The notes below the pieces were generated by a model. It saw nothing but the letters and a program-made list of their open reading frames with translations, was not told the origin of the DNA and did not search any database. This document shows, one piece after another, positions 48,466-58,038 of a stretch of 64,000 nucleotides of DNA; position 1 is the stretch's first letter; the number at the start of each line of letters is the position of its first letter. Source of the stretch: Acidobacteriota bacterium (GTDB lineage: Bacteria; Acidobacteriota; Thermoanaerobaculia; Multivoradales; UBA5704); contig JBDTZG010000008.1 of the NCBI GenBank assembly GCA_040005235.1, forward strand, positions 1 through 64,000, given 5' to 3'. The translations under genes were made by a program, and so were the position numbers.

Positions 48466-48727
48466 GAAAGTCGCACAAGAATCTTCGTCGGGCGCACAAG
48501 AATCCGCGTTGGGGACGAGAGAATCGCCGCCGGGATCGAGCCCATCTTCGTTGGGATCGAGACAATCGCCGAAAGTCGCACAAGAATCCCCGATGGGCGC
48601 ACAAGAATCTGCGCCGGGGTGGAGCCCATCGCCGTCGGGATCGAGCCCAACGATGCCGGGGGCGAGAGAATCGCCGGAAGTCGCACAAGAATCTTCGGCG
48701 GTCGCACAAGAATCCGCGCCGGGGATC
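48466..48727. repeat. Degenerate 21-bp tandem repeat (12 full units plus a partial) with a 105-bp higher-order period
   Basis: Units such as gaaagtcgcacaagaatcttc, gtcgggcgcacaagaatccgc, gttggggacgagagaatcgcc; cgcacaagaatc recurs in units 1, 2, 6, 7, 11, 12. Confidence 0.93.
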
Positions 48728-48816
48728 GGGGAGGCTAAGGCGGCCGTGAGAGTTCGCCCGGCGCTCTGACCCTCGCCGTCCTCGCCTATGATCCCCAGCC
48801 GGAGATCTTATTCGGC

Positions 48817-49875
48817 ATGAGCGACCCGTTGTTCTGGCACCGAGTGCAATTCGGTTTCACGATCGCCTATCACTACCTGTTTCCGCAGCTCACGATGGGG
48901 CTCGCCCTGCTGATCGTGGTGCTGAAGATCCAGGCGGTGCGGACGGGTGCGGCGCGCTATGCCGACGCGGCGCGGTTTTGGGTGCGGGTCTTCGGCCTCA
49001 ATTTCGCGATGGGGGTGGTGACCGGTCTGCCGATGGAGTTTCAATTCGGTACCAACTGGGCGCGCTTTTCGCATTTTGCCGGTGGCGTGATCGGCCAAAC
49101 GCTCGCGATGGAGGGGATCTTCGCGTTCTTCTTGGAATCGAGCGTCCTTGCCCTGCTGGTGTTCGGCGAGCGACGGCTCGGGCCAAAACGCCATCTTGCG
49201 GCGGCCGTCGCGCTGTTCGTCGGCAGCTGGCTCTCCGGCTACTTCATCGTGACGACCAATGCCTTTATGCAGAACCCGGTGGGGTATTCGACCGCTCCTG
49301 ACGGCACGCTCCAGATCGCGGACCTCGCGGCTTTCTTGGGCAACCCCTGGGCGCTCGCGCAATACGCCCACACCATGATGGCTGCCTTGGTGACCGCCTC
49401 TTTCGTGATGGCCGCGGTGGGGGCGTTCTGGCTCCTCCAAGGAAAACACCAAGACGCCGCCCGCGTGTCGCTACGAACCGGAGTGGTCACCGGCCTGTTC
49501 TCTTCGCTCCTGGTCGCGATGCCCACCGGTCACCTCCAAGGGCAACTGGCGGCGACCCACCAGAAGGTGGCGCTCGCGGCGATGGAAGGGCGATTCGAAA
49601 GCGGCCCGATGGCGCCGATCGCGATGATCGGCCAGCCGAACGTCGCGGAGCGCCGGCTGGACAACCCGATCGCGATCCCGGGCGTGCTCTCCTATATCGC
49701 CTACGGCGACTTCTCGAAAAACGTCCGAGGGCTGAACGAATTCCCCGAGGATCTCTGGCCCACCAACGTCGAGCTGCTCTATTACGCGTTCCACATCATG
49801 GTGGGCCTGATCGCGCGCGAGGTCGGCCATGGGCCGCGTTCGCTCGAACGTTCCGGCGTTCCCGTCGTTATATAA
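48817..49875 (+). pseudogene. cydA: Cytochrome bd oxidase subunit I with in-frame internal deletion near the C-terminus
   Basis: HYLFPQ, GVVTG..MEFQFGTNW, FFLES, NAFMQNP, KVALAAMEG, FHIMVG present; GRQPW region absent. Confidence 0.85.
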
Positions 49876-49891
49876 GGGCCTGGCGACGACG

Positions 49892-50938
49892 ATGAACGCG
49901 CTCTGGTACGCCTTCGCCTCGGTGCTATTGGCCGGCTATGTGATCCTCGACGGTTTTGATTTCGGCGCCGGAGCGCTCCATCTGTTTGTGGCGAAGACCG
50001 ACCGCCAACGCCGCGAGGTGCTCGCCGCGATCGGCCCGTTCTGGGACGGCAACGAGGTCTGGCTGCTCGCCGCGGGCGGCCTCCTGTTCCTCGCTTTCCC
50101 CAAAGTACTCGGCGCGGGCCTTTCGGGCCTTTACCTGCCGGTCTTCTTCCTGCTCTGGGCGCTGATCCTGCGCGGCATCGCCATGGAATTCCGGTCGCAC
50201 GTCGAGGATGCGATGTGGCGCGGCCTTTGGGACATCGTCTTTTCGCTCGCGAGCGCGCTGCCGCCGGTCCTCCTTGGAGCGGCGCTCGGCAACCTCCTGC
50301 GGGGGGTGCCGCTCGACGGCACGGGCTATTTCGCCCTGCCGCTCTGGACCGATTTCACCGCTCGGGCGCCGTACGGCGTGCTCGACGGTTACACGACTCT
50401 GGCGGGTGTCCTGGCGCTCGTGGCGCTCGCCCATCACGGCGCGCTGTTTCTCGCCTGGAAGACGGAAGGCGAGGTTCACGAACGATGCCAAAACGCGGCG
50501 GCGCGGCTGTTCGTGCCGCTCGTCGCGCTCTGGCTCGCCGCCACCTGGGCCACCTATGCGCTCCGCCCCGATCTGTTCGAAAACCTGGCGGACCGGCCGC
50601 TGGCGCTCGTCGCCGCGCTGCTCGGCGTCGCGGGGATCATCGGTGCGCTTCTAAGTCGCCGCCGCGGGCAGCCCTTGCTCGCATTCGTCGGATCTTCGGC
50701 GTTCCTGCTCGGCATTCTCGTCGCGACCGTCACCTCGTCCTACCCGGTGATGATCCGCTCGACCCTCGATCCCAGCTTCTCGCTCACCGCCTTGAACGCC
50801 GCTTCGAGCGCGGAGAGCCTGAAGACCGGGCTCCTCTGGTGGCCGTTCGGATTTGCCCTCGCGCTCGCCTATCTGGCGCTGCTGCTTCATATCCACCGGG
50901 GAAAGGTCCGCTCGCCCGCCGAAGGGGAAGGGTACTGA
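49892..50938 (+). CDS. cydB: Cytochrome bd oxidase subunit II
   Basis: YVILDGFDFGAG, IGPFWDGNEVW, LILRGIAMEFR. Confidence 0.95.
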   Translation: MNALWYAFASVLLAGYVILDGFDFGAGALHLFVAKTDRQRREVLAAIGPFWDGNEVWLLAAGGLLFLAFPKVLGAGLSGLYLPVFFLLWALILRGIAMEFRSHVEDAMWRGLWDIVFSLASALPPVLLGAALGNLLRGVPLDGTGYFALPLWTDFTARAPYGVLDGYTTLAGVLALVALAHHGALFLAWKTEGEVHERCQNAAARLFVPLVALWLAATWATYALRPDLFENLADRPLALVAALLGVAGIIGALLSRRRGQPLLAFVGSSAFLLGILVATVTSSYPVMIRSTLDPSFSLTALNAASSAESLKTGLLWWPFGFALALAYLALLLHIHRGKVRSPAEGEGY

Positions 50939-51909
50939 CCACGCCATCGCTCGAAACCCGCACCTTTCGCGCCGACCGCGGCGACGCGGGCGAGCGGCTC
51001 GACCTCGTTCTGGTGCGGCATCTGGCTGATCGGCCGGAGATCTCGCGCAACCGGATCCAGCATTGGATCGAAGCCGGGAGCGTCGAGATCGACGGTGCGC
51101 CCGTGGGCAAGCCTTCCGATCGCGTTCTGGCCGGGGCGCAGATCTCGGTTCTTCTTCCTGTTCTCGCCCCGCGGCTTGCGCCCGAGGCGGAAGAAATGGC
51201 GCTCGAGATCCTCTACGAGGACGAGTATTTTTTGGCGCTCAACAAACCGCCGGGCCTGGTCGTCCATCCCAACCGGAGCGAAGCGAAGGGCACTCTGCTC
51301 AACGCGTTGGTCTGGCGCTTCAAGACGGCGGGGGAGCCGGGGAACCCCCATCTGGTACAGCGGCTCGATCGCGGTACCTCCGGCCTGCTGCTGGTCGCCA
51401 AGCGCCCGGCGATGCACGCGGCGCTCGCGAAGGCGCTCCGCGCCGAGCGGGCGGAGAAGGAATACCTCGCGATCTGCTACGGCCGGCCGCCGCGAGCGAG
51501 CGGCAAGATCCACCTGCGGATCGATCGCCATCCGACCGCCCGCGGCCTGCGCATCGCCCTTCCGGCCGATTCCAATTTGGGCCAGGAGAGCCTCACCCTA
51601 TTCGACACGGTGGCCCGGGGCGGCGGGCTCTCCGTCGTGCGCTGCATCCTGCGCACCGGCCGGACCCATCAGATCCGCGTTCACCTCGCGGCGCTCGGGA
51701 TGCCGATCGTCGGCGATCCGCTCTACGGCATCCCAGGATGGAATGCGCTTCGCGATCCGGAGCTGTCGGTGCTCTGTCGGGAGCTTCCGCGTCAGGCGCT
51801 TCACGCCTTTCGCCTGCGCTTTGTCCACCCCGTCACTCGGGTTCCGCTGACGCTCGAAGCGCCGCTGCCGGACGACCTCCAAGCGCTGGTCGATCGCATC
51901 GGCGAGTGA
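50935..51909 (+). CDS. RluA/RluD family RNA pseudouridine synthase with S4 domain
   Basis: RLD..L..SRNRIQ S4 domain, NKPPGLVVHP, QRLDRGTSGLL, TGRTHQIRVH, GDPLYG, QALHA; start codon uncertain (CTG). Confidence 0.9.
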   Translation: MTTPSLETRTFRADRGDAGERLDLVLVRHLADRPEISRNRIQHWIEAGSVEIDGAPVGKPSDRVLAGAQISVLLPVLAPRLAPEAEEMALEILYEDEYFLALNKPPGLVVHPNRSEAKGTLLNALVWRFKTAGEPGNPHLVQRLDRGTSGLLLVAKRPAMHAALAKALRAERAEKEYLAICYGRPPRASGKIHLRIDRHPTARGLRIALPADSNLGQESLTLFDTVARGGGLSVVRCILRTGRTHQIRVHLAALGMPIVGDPLYGIPGWNALRDPELSVLCRELPRQALHAFRLRFVHPVTRVPLTLEAPLPDDLQALVDRIGE

Positions 51910-51994
51910 AACACCCCCGGGTTTCGTCGGATTTTTGGCGAAACACCCTCTTGTTTCAGCTCCATTTGACGAGAAACAAGGGGGTGTTTAAGAT
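51908..51994 (+). promoter_or_regulatory. Sigma70 promoter overlapped by three GAAAC-N8-GTTT(C/A) operator-like sites
   Basis: TTGACG (51966)-N17-TAAGAT (51989), 6 nt before GTG; sites at 51908, 51940, 51973. Confidence 0.75.
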
Positions 51995-52000
51995 CTCAGA

Positions 52001-53371
52001 GTGTATTTTCCCCGGCATATCGATACGACGCTGAGGTCCTGGGCGGCTGAAAACGACCGCAAGCCGCTCGTGCTTCGCGGAGCGCGGCAAACCGGCAAGA
52101 CCGCCGCAGTTCGGCGCCTCGGCGAGCATTTCGACCTCTTTCTTGAGCTGAATCTGGAGCGTTTCGAGGATCTGTCGCTGGTGCGCTCCTGCCGCTCGGC
52201 CGAAGAGCTTTTGACCGCGCTTGCCGCCCGGCACAACCTGGAGCGCTTTCCGCCGCGGACGCTGCTGTTACTCGACGAGATTCAGGATAGCCCCGAGGCG
52301 GTCGGCTGGCTGCGCTTCTTATACGAGGACCATCCCGAGCTGTTTGTCGTGGCGGCCGGCTCGCTTCTCGAAGTCCGGCTTCAGGAGCGGGGGTTTTCGT
52401 TTCCGGTCGGCCGGGTCACGTTTCGCGTGCTGCGGCCGTTCACCTATTTCGAGTTTCTCGCGGCAAACGGGCGAGAGGTGCTCGCGGGCCATCTGGCCGC
52501 CTCGGTGTCCGAAGGGAGACCGATCGGCCCCGCGCTCCACGAGCAGGCGCTCGATCTGCTTCGGGACTACCTTCTGGTCGGCGGTATGCCCGAGGCGGTG
52601 GCGCGTTGGGTAGCCGAGCGTAACCCGGTCGCCGTCCGCGGCGTTCATCGCGATCTCGTCCAAGCGCTCGCCGAAGACCTTCAACGCTTCGGCAACCTGC
52701 GCGAGGCGGGCTACCTCGAAGCCGCGTTCGAGAATCTTCGCCACCACGTCGGCTTGCGATTCCGGTACGAGAATTTCGCTCCGGGGTACAAGAGCCAACT
52801 GATGAAGGACGCCCTCGCAAAGCTCGAGGCGGCGCTCCTAATCCATCGGGTCATCCCCACCAGTTCTTTGGCTCTTCCCTTGCGCGAGCGAACCCGTTCG
52901 GCGGCGAAGCTGCTGCCGTTGGACGTGGGTCTCGCGCTCTACACCTTCGGCTCGGGTTTCGAAACGGCTCGCGCTCTGCCGCTTTCCCAGATTCTGGACG
53001 GGCGAGCGGCAGAGATCTTCGTCGGCCAGCAGTTGCTCGCCGCGGCTCCGGGATTTCCCGGCGATCTTTTCTTTTGGGTGAGCGAGTCGGCGAGCAGCAA
53101 CGCCGAGGTCGACTATCTCGTGCCTATCGCTGGCCGGCCGGTGCCGGTGGAAGTCAAATCGACGGCGGCGGGCGCGCTCAAATCGCTGCATCAATTTCTC
53201 TCGCGAGCGGGCCTTTCGACCGGCGTTCGGCTGCACACCGGCTTGCCGGCCGACGAGCGCCTTCTAGTCCGCATGCCGGAGGGGCATTTGTCGTATCGGC
53301 TCCTTTCGCTGCCCGTCTACCTCGCCGAAAAGGTTCCACTTTTCAAGTTCAATGAAACGGAGTCCGGTTAG
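52001..53371 (+). CDS. AAA_14 + DUF4143 ATP-binding protein
   Basis: RKPLVLRGARQTGKT, LLDEIQ, AAGS, VGGMPEAV, EVDY..PVEVKS nuclease-like tail. Confidence 0.92.
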   Translation: MYFPRHIDTTLRSWAAENDRKPLVLRGARQTGKTAAVRRLGEHFDLFLELNLERFEDLSLVRSCRSAEELLTALAARHNLERFPPRTLLLLDEIQDSPEAVGWLRFLYEDHPELFVVAAGSLLEVRLQERGFSFPVGRVTFRVLRPFTYFEFLAANGREVLAGHLAASVSEGRPIGPALHEQALDLLRDYLLVGGMPEAVARWVAERNPVAVRGVHRDLVQALAEDLQRFGNLREAGYLEAAFENLRHHVGLRFRYENFAPGYKSQLMKDALAKLEAALLIHRVIPTSSLALPLRERTRSAAKLLPLDVGLALYTFGSGFETARALPLSQILDGRAAEIFVGQQLLAAAPGFPGDLFFWVSESASSNAEVDYLVPIAGRPVPVEVKSTAAGALKSLHQFLSRAGLSTGVRLHTGLPADERLLVRMPEGHLSYRLLSLPVYLAEKVPLFKFNETESG

Positions 53372-53500
53372 AGGCCGAGACACGCACCTTGCCTCCGGCG
53401 CGCGGAGGTGAAACCTTTCCCCCCTTCGATTCGTTCAGAGGAAGCAATTCTGCCGAGTGGCGCTAGCTTGCGCCCGACGGCAACCGGGGAGGTTGGGCCG

Positions 53501-54633
53501 ATGCGCGCGCTCCGTTCGTTGATTCTGATCTTGGCGGTGCCGGTTCTGTTGGGAGGTACCCTTGGCGCGGCCGAGCCTGCTTCCGCGGTTCCTGCGACTC
53601 CTGGGGACAGCGCTCCGGCGGCGGTTGCCGCGCCGTCGGCGTCGGAGTCGGCCGCCGCGGATTTCGACGTGGAAGCCGCCACCCGGGTCTATCTTTCGCG
53701 GGTCTCGCCCGCCGACAAGGAGCGTTCCGACTCCTATTTCGAAGGGGGCTACTGGCTCCAGCTTTGGAGCTTCCTGTACGGCCTGGGGGTATCCTGGCTC
53801 TTGCTCTCGCGGGGAATCTCCAGCCGCTTGCGCGACGCGGTGGAGCGGGCAGTTGGCAATCGAGCGATCCAGACGTTCCTCTACGCGGCGGCTTATTTCA
53901 TCGCTGCGGCGGTCCTTACGCTGCCGCTCACGATCTACTCCGATTACTGGCGCGAGCACTCCTACGGCCTCTCGAATATGACTTTCGGCGGGTGGTTCCG
54001 CGATGCCGCAGTCGGCCTGGGCGTTTCGGTGATCCTCGGTGGCCTGTTCATGGTTCTTCTCTACTGGGTCTTCCGCAAGGCGCCGCGCTCTTGGTGGATC
54101 TGGGGAACCGCGGTCTCCCTGGTCGGCCTGGTCGTCATGGCGTTGATCAGCCCGGTTTACATCGCGCCGCTGTTCAACGAGTACAAGCCACTCGGCGAGG
54201 GGCCGATCAAGGCTGAAATCTTGTCGCTCGCGCGGGCAAACGGAATCCCTGCCGACAACGTCTACGAGTTCGATGCGAGCAAGCAATCGAAGCGGGTGAG
54301 CGCGAACGTCAGCGGCCTTGGCTCGACGCTCCGGATTTCGCTCAACGACAACCTGCTCGCGCGGGTGAAACCCGAGGGCATCCAGGCCGTTATGGGGCAC
54401 GAGATGGGCATTACGTGCTCAACCACATCTATGAATTCATTCCGATATTCGCACTCATCATCCTGGTCGGCTTCGGGTTCCTGCGCTGGAGCTTCTATGG
54501 GGTCCTGTACCGCTACGGCGCTCGCTGGGGCGTGCGGGGGATCTTCTTCGACCACCCGAGCGGCCGGAGCCGCATCCTGATGGCGATGCGTTGGAAGAAG
54601 GAGCACTTGAAGGATCTGCCGGCGGTGCCGTAG
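53501..54633 (+). pseudogene. M48 (Ste24-like) metallopeptidase, frameshifted and internally deleted
   Basis: PLFN..PL, ANVSGLG, GHEMG followed by a frameshift at about 54410; other frame gives HYVLNHIY...DHPSGRSRI; the E..AD segment is missing. Confidence 0.85.
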
Positions 54634-54745
54634 TAAGGGGGCGCGCCGAATCGCTGACAGGGGCGGGAAGTCGCCCCGTCGACGGCCGGAGTGTCGCGGT
54701 AAAAAGTCGGTGAATGGGGCCCGATTCGAATACCATCCGCCGTCC

Positions 54746-55948
54746 ATGCGCCGCATTTTTTCTGCCTACCGCGCCGCGTTCGTCGGCCTGCCGCGACCGG
54801 TCTGGCTGCTCGCGATCTCGGCGTTGATCAATCGATGCGGCACCATGGTGCTGCCGTTTGCGACGCTCTATTTGACCAAAGAGCTGGGCTGGACGGTGCC
54901 CGAGGCGGGGCTGGCGCTGTCGTTCTATGGCGCGGGGGCGATGATCGGTTCGTTCTCCGGCGGCTGGCTCGCCGACCGGATCTCGGTCCGGCTCGTGCTG
55001 GTGACCAGTTTGGTTTGCAACGGCGTCGGCTTCCTGGCGCTCGAGCATCTGATGTCGCGAAGTGCGATCTGTTGGTTTCTCGTCGCACTCGGAATGTTTT
55101 CCGAGGCGTTCCGACCGGCGAACGCGACCGCGCTCTCGACGATCGCCGGCCCGGCGAACCGGGTGCGCGCGTTCACCCTCTATCGCCTGGCGATCAACCT
55201 CGGTATGAGCATCGGCCCGGTGATCGGCGGCTTCCTTGCCGAGCACGACTACCGCTGGCTGTTCCGGGTCGACGGCGGGACCTGTCTAGCGGCGGCGGCG
55301 ATGCTCGGGCTCCTGTTCCACGACCCGGTGACGCACGGCGGCCCGGCCGAGGATTCGGACGGAAGCGCGAGGGGCGGCCGCTCGCCCTGGCGCGACGGGC
55401 CGTTCGTCGCCCTGTTGGGCCTCGCGGTGCTGCTTGCGATGGTGTTCTTCCAGATCCAAAGCACCTACCCGCTCGCGCTCAACCGGGTCTACGGGTTCTC
55501 CGAGGCGGCGATCGGTCTGGCGCTCGCGGTGAACACGGTGGTCATCGTGCTGTTCGAGATGGTTCTCGCCCACGCACTACGCGACGCGCCCCATCTGCGC
55601 CTGGTCGCTTGGGGCTCGCTGCTGTTCGGCGTCGGCCTCGCGCTGCTGCCGCTCGGCCGGAGCTTCGCCTATGTTTGCGTGACGATTTTCGTCTGGACGA
55701 TCGGCGAGATGCTGTCGTTGCCGTTCCTTCAAGGAGTCGTCGCGGAGCGAGCCGACGCGAAGCGGCGGGGAACCTATCTGGGCCTGCTCAGCTTCGCGTT
55801 CTCGATCGCCTATATGAGCGGCCCGCCGATCGGAGCGTGGGTTTACGAGCGCTTCGGCCCGGACACCCTCTGGTACGCCTGCGGCGTCGCGGGGGTGGTT
55901 CTCTGGCTCGGGTTTGAGGCGCTCTCGCGGCGGGTGGCCCGGGCCTGA
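54746..55948 (+). CDS. MFS transporter
   Basis: About 12 TMs, GGWLADRI motif A, INLGMSIGPVIGG. Confidence 0.93.
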   Translation: MRRIFSAYRAAFVGLPRPVWLLAISALINRCGTMVLPFATLYLTKELGWTVPEAGLALSFYGAGAMIGSFSGGWLADRISVRLVLVTSLVCNGVGFLALEHLMSRSAICWFLVALGMFSEAFRPANATALSTIAGPANRVRAFTLYRLAINLGMSIGPVIGGFLAEHDYRWLFRVDGGTCLAAAAMLGLLFHDPVTHGGPAEDSDGSARGGRSPWRDGPFVALLGLAVLLAMVFFQIQSTYPLALNRVYGFSEAAIGLALAVNTVVIVLFEMVLAHALRDAPHLRLVAWGSLLFGVGLALLPLGRSFAYVCVTIFVWTIGEMLSLPFLQGVVAERADAKRRGTYLGLLSFAFSIAYMSGPPIGAWVYERFGPDTLWYACGVAGVVLWLGFEALSRRVARA

Positions 55949-55951
55949 TCC

Positions 55952-56467
55952 TTAATCTCCGTCCTCCCCCTCTCCTCCCTCGTGCAGCCGTAGCTTTCTG
56001 TACCCGCGGTGCCAGTAGATCAGGGGGGGCTTAGTCGCGTTGGGAACGCCACTCGCCTGGACCAGGCCGAGGTAGATGCGGTGGGTTCCCGCTTCGTGGC
56101 GGGCTTCGATCGAGCAGTCGAGCCATGAGAGGGCGTCCAGGAGGACCGGCGCGCCGGTTTCCGCGGTGCCCCAGTTGCCTTGGGCGAAGCGGTCCTCGTC
56201 TTTCACCCAGGCGAAGCGGTTGGACAGCTCGGACTGTTCTTCCGACAGGATGTTGACCGCGAAGCTCGCGTCGGGCGCATTGAACATCTCCGCCGCCCGA
56301 TGGCGCTGGTCGATGATCACGGCGACCAGCGGAGGATCGGTCGAGACCGAGTTGAACGCCGAGACGGTGAGACCGTGGGTCCGATCGCCCGAACGGACGG
56401 TGACGATCGTGACGCCGGCCGGGAAGTGGGCGAGGGCCTGCCGAAACTGTTCGGAGCTAACTGGCAT
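55952..56467 (-). CDS. Flavin reductase family protein
   Basis: FRQALAHFPAGVTIVT, GLTVSAFNSVS.DPPL, FAVNIL, GTHRI. Confidence 0.93.
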   Translation of the reverse strand: MPVSSEQFRQALAHFPAGVTIVTVRSGDRTHGLTVSAFNSVSTDPPLVAVIIDQRHRAAEMFNAPDASFAVNILSEEQSELSNRFAWVKDEDRFAQGNWGTAETGAPVLLDALSWLDCSIEARHEAGTHRIYLGLVQASGVPNATKPPLIYWHRGYRKLRLHEGGEGEDGD

Positions 56468-56623
56468 GGGGTTCTCCCGAAGCGCATTTGCGCGATGGTT
56501 CAATCGTACCAAGCCGGGCGCCAAGAGTCGAAAAAAGCGTGGCCGGGTCGCCGTTTACACGAGCGTCCATTCTCATCTACTCTTCCCGTGCCGACGTAGC
56601 TTCCGCGGGAGGATTTTTAAACG

Positions 56624-58033
56624 ATGACCATTCAGGGTCGTGCGTGGGTGGGAACCCTGCTAGCCGTCGCATTCTCCGCGCTGCCGCTCCTGGCTCAGGC
56701 CGACGAGGCCGACAAGAACCCGAGAACCGATCCGGAGGGGGAGCCGGCCGAAGAGGCTTCCTCCTTACGTCCAAAGCTCGAATTTGGGCTGGAGGCTAAG
56801 GCTAACTTCCGCCAGAGCGACGAGAACCGGTTTCCGATCCGGACGTTCCAGCCGCCGTTCCAGCCGCCGATGCCGCAGCGCTTCCTGGAAACGGTCAATT
56901 CCGGCAGCCATTTCGAGCTGTCGAACCTGACCCTGTTCGCCGACGCGACCTGGAGCGAAAGTCTGGTCGTCCACGCGAAGATCGATTTCATCGACCTGTA
57001 CGAGCGCAACCCGACCTCCAGCGCCGACAAGGTGGACGTCGACGAGCTCTGGCTGCGGTTCGGCCACGATTCGCAACCGGCCGCGCTCTCCGCAGGGACC
57101 GGCGGCTATTTCAAGATCGGCAAGTTCGCGAAGTTCGAGCGCCAGAACGACCGCCACCTGGAGAGCTACGGCCTGGTTTCGACCGCCTTCAACCGGATCG
57201 AGGACGTCGGGGTAGAGCTGGGGCTCGATCTCGGCCGCCATGCCTATTTGAAGGGCTCGTTCACTCAGGGCAACCCGGTGTTCCTGCGCGATCCGAACGC
57301 TCTCGCGGGCGACAACGGCACCCCGGCGTTTCGCGAGACCAATCCGAATCCGGACTTGAAGAGCGGCATCGTGATCCCCTACGACGCGGCGACCCAGGAC
57401 GTCGATGCCGACGGCAACCTACAAAAGGGGCTGGGACTGGGGATCCGCTTCGCTAGCGAGGACGGCGCGAACGGCGTCGACGTGCTGGTGTTCGGCCGGC
57501 GCCGCACCCTCGCGGACCACGTCGATTTCAAAGGCAGCTTCTACGGCGCCGACATCGACCTGTTGAACGGTCCGGAGTCCCCTTTCCTCACCCGAGCGGA
57601 AGTCACGTTCCCGCTCACCTCCGATCGCAAGCAGGAGGTCGGCGGCAACGTCTGGATCTACTGGGGCGGAGCCTCGTTCTTCGGCCAGTACGTCGATCAG
57701 GATCTCGGCGGCCTTGGGCGGATCGGCTACGAAGGGGAGCTCGCCTGGCGCTTCGACCTGCCGCTCGTCGCGTCGCTCGATGGGCGCCAGTTGTTCCCAT
57801 CGATTCAGCCGGTGGTGCGCTATTCGAAGCTCGATCCCGACTTTCGTCCCGCGCCCAAGTCGCCGAGCCCGAGCTTTGCGTGGCAGTGGGAGAAGCTGGA
57901 TTTCGGCGTGCGCCTGACGGTCATTTCCGGCCTCGACCTGACCGCCGAGTACGCGAAGAACGATTTCCTCCTCCTGTCGGGCGCCAAGCGCGACAACAAC
58001 GAGACCTTGATTACCTTGAGGTGGCGCATTTGA
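56624..58033 (+). CDS. Outer-membrane beta-barrel (porin-like) protein
   Basis: Signal peptide, alternating amphipathic strands, C-terminal 'ITLRWRI'. Confidence 0.7.
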   Translation: MTIQGRAWVGTLLAVAFSALPLLAQADEADKNPRTDPEGEPAEEASSLRPKLEFGLEAKANFRQSDENRFPIRTFQPPFQPPMPQRFLETVNSGSHFELSNLTLFADATWSESLVVHAKIDFIDLYERNPTSSADKVDVDELWLRFGHDSQPAALSAGTGGYFKIGKFAKFERQNDRHLESYGLVSTAFNRIEDVGVELGLDLGRHAYLKGSFTQGNPVFLRDPNALAGDNGTPAFRETNPNPDLKSGIVIPYDAATQDVDADGNLQKGLGLGIRFASEDGANGVDVLVFGRRRTLADHVDFKGSFYGADIDLLNGPESPFLTRAEVTFPLTSDRKQEVGGNVWIYWGGASFFGQYVDQDLGGLGRIGYEGELAWRFDLPLVASLDGRQLFPSIQPVVRYSKLDPDFRPAPKSPSPSFAWQWEKLDFGVRLTVISGLDLTAEYAKNDFLLLSGAKRDNNETLITLRWRI

Positions 58034-58038
58034 CCGGG

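Noticed and set aside
48466-48727. CRISPR array
   Set aside because: Units abut with a 21-bp period, no unique spacers, degenerate repeats, and no cas genes in the window.
54655-54685. GC hairpin after the M48 gene as a terminator
   Set aside because: Short imperfect stem with no U-tract.
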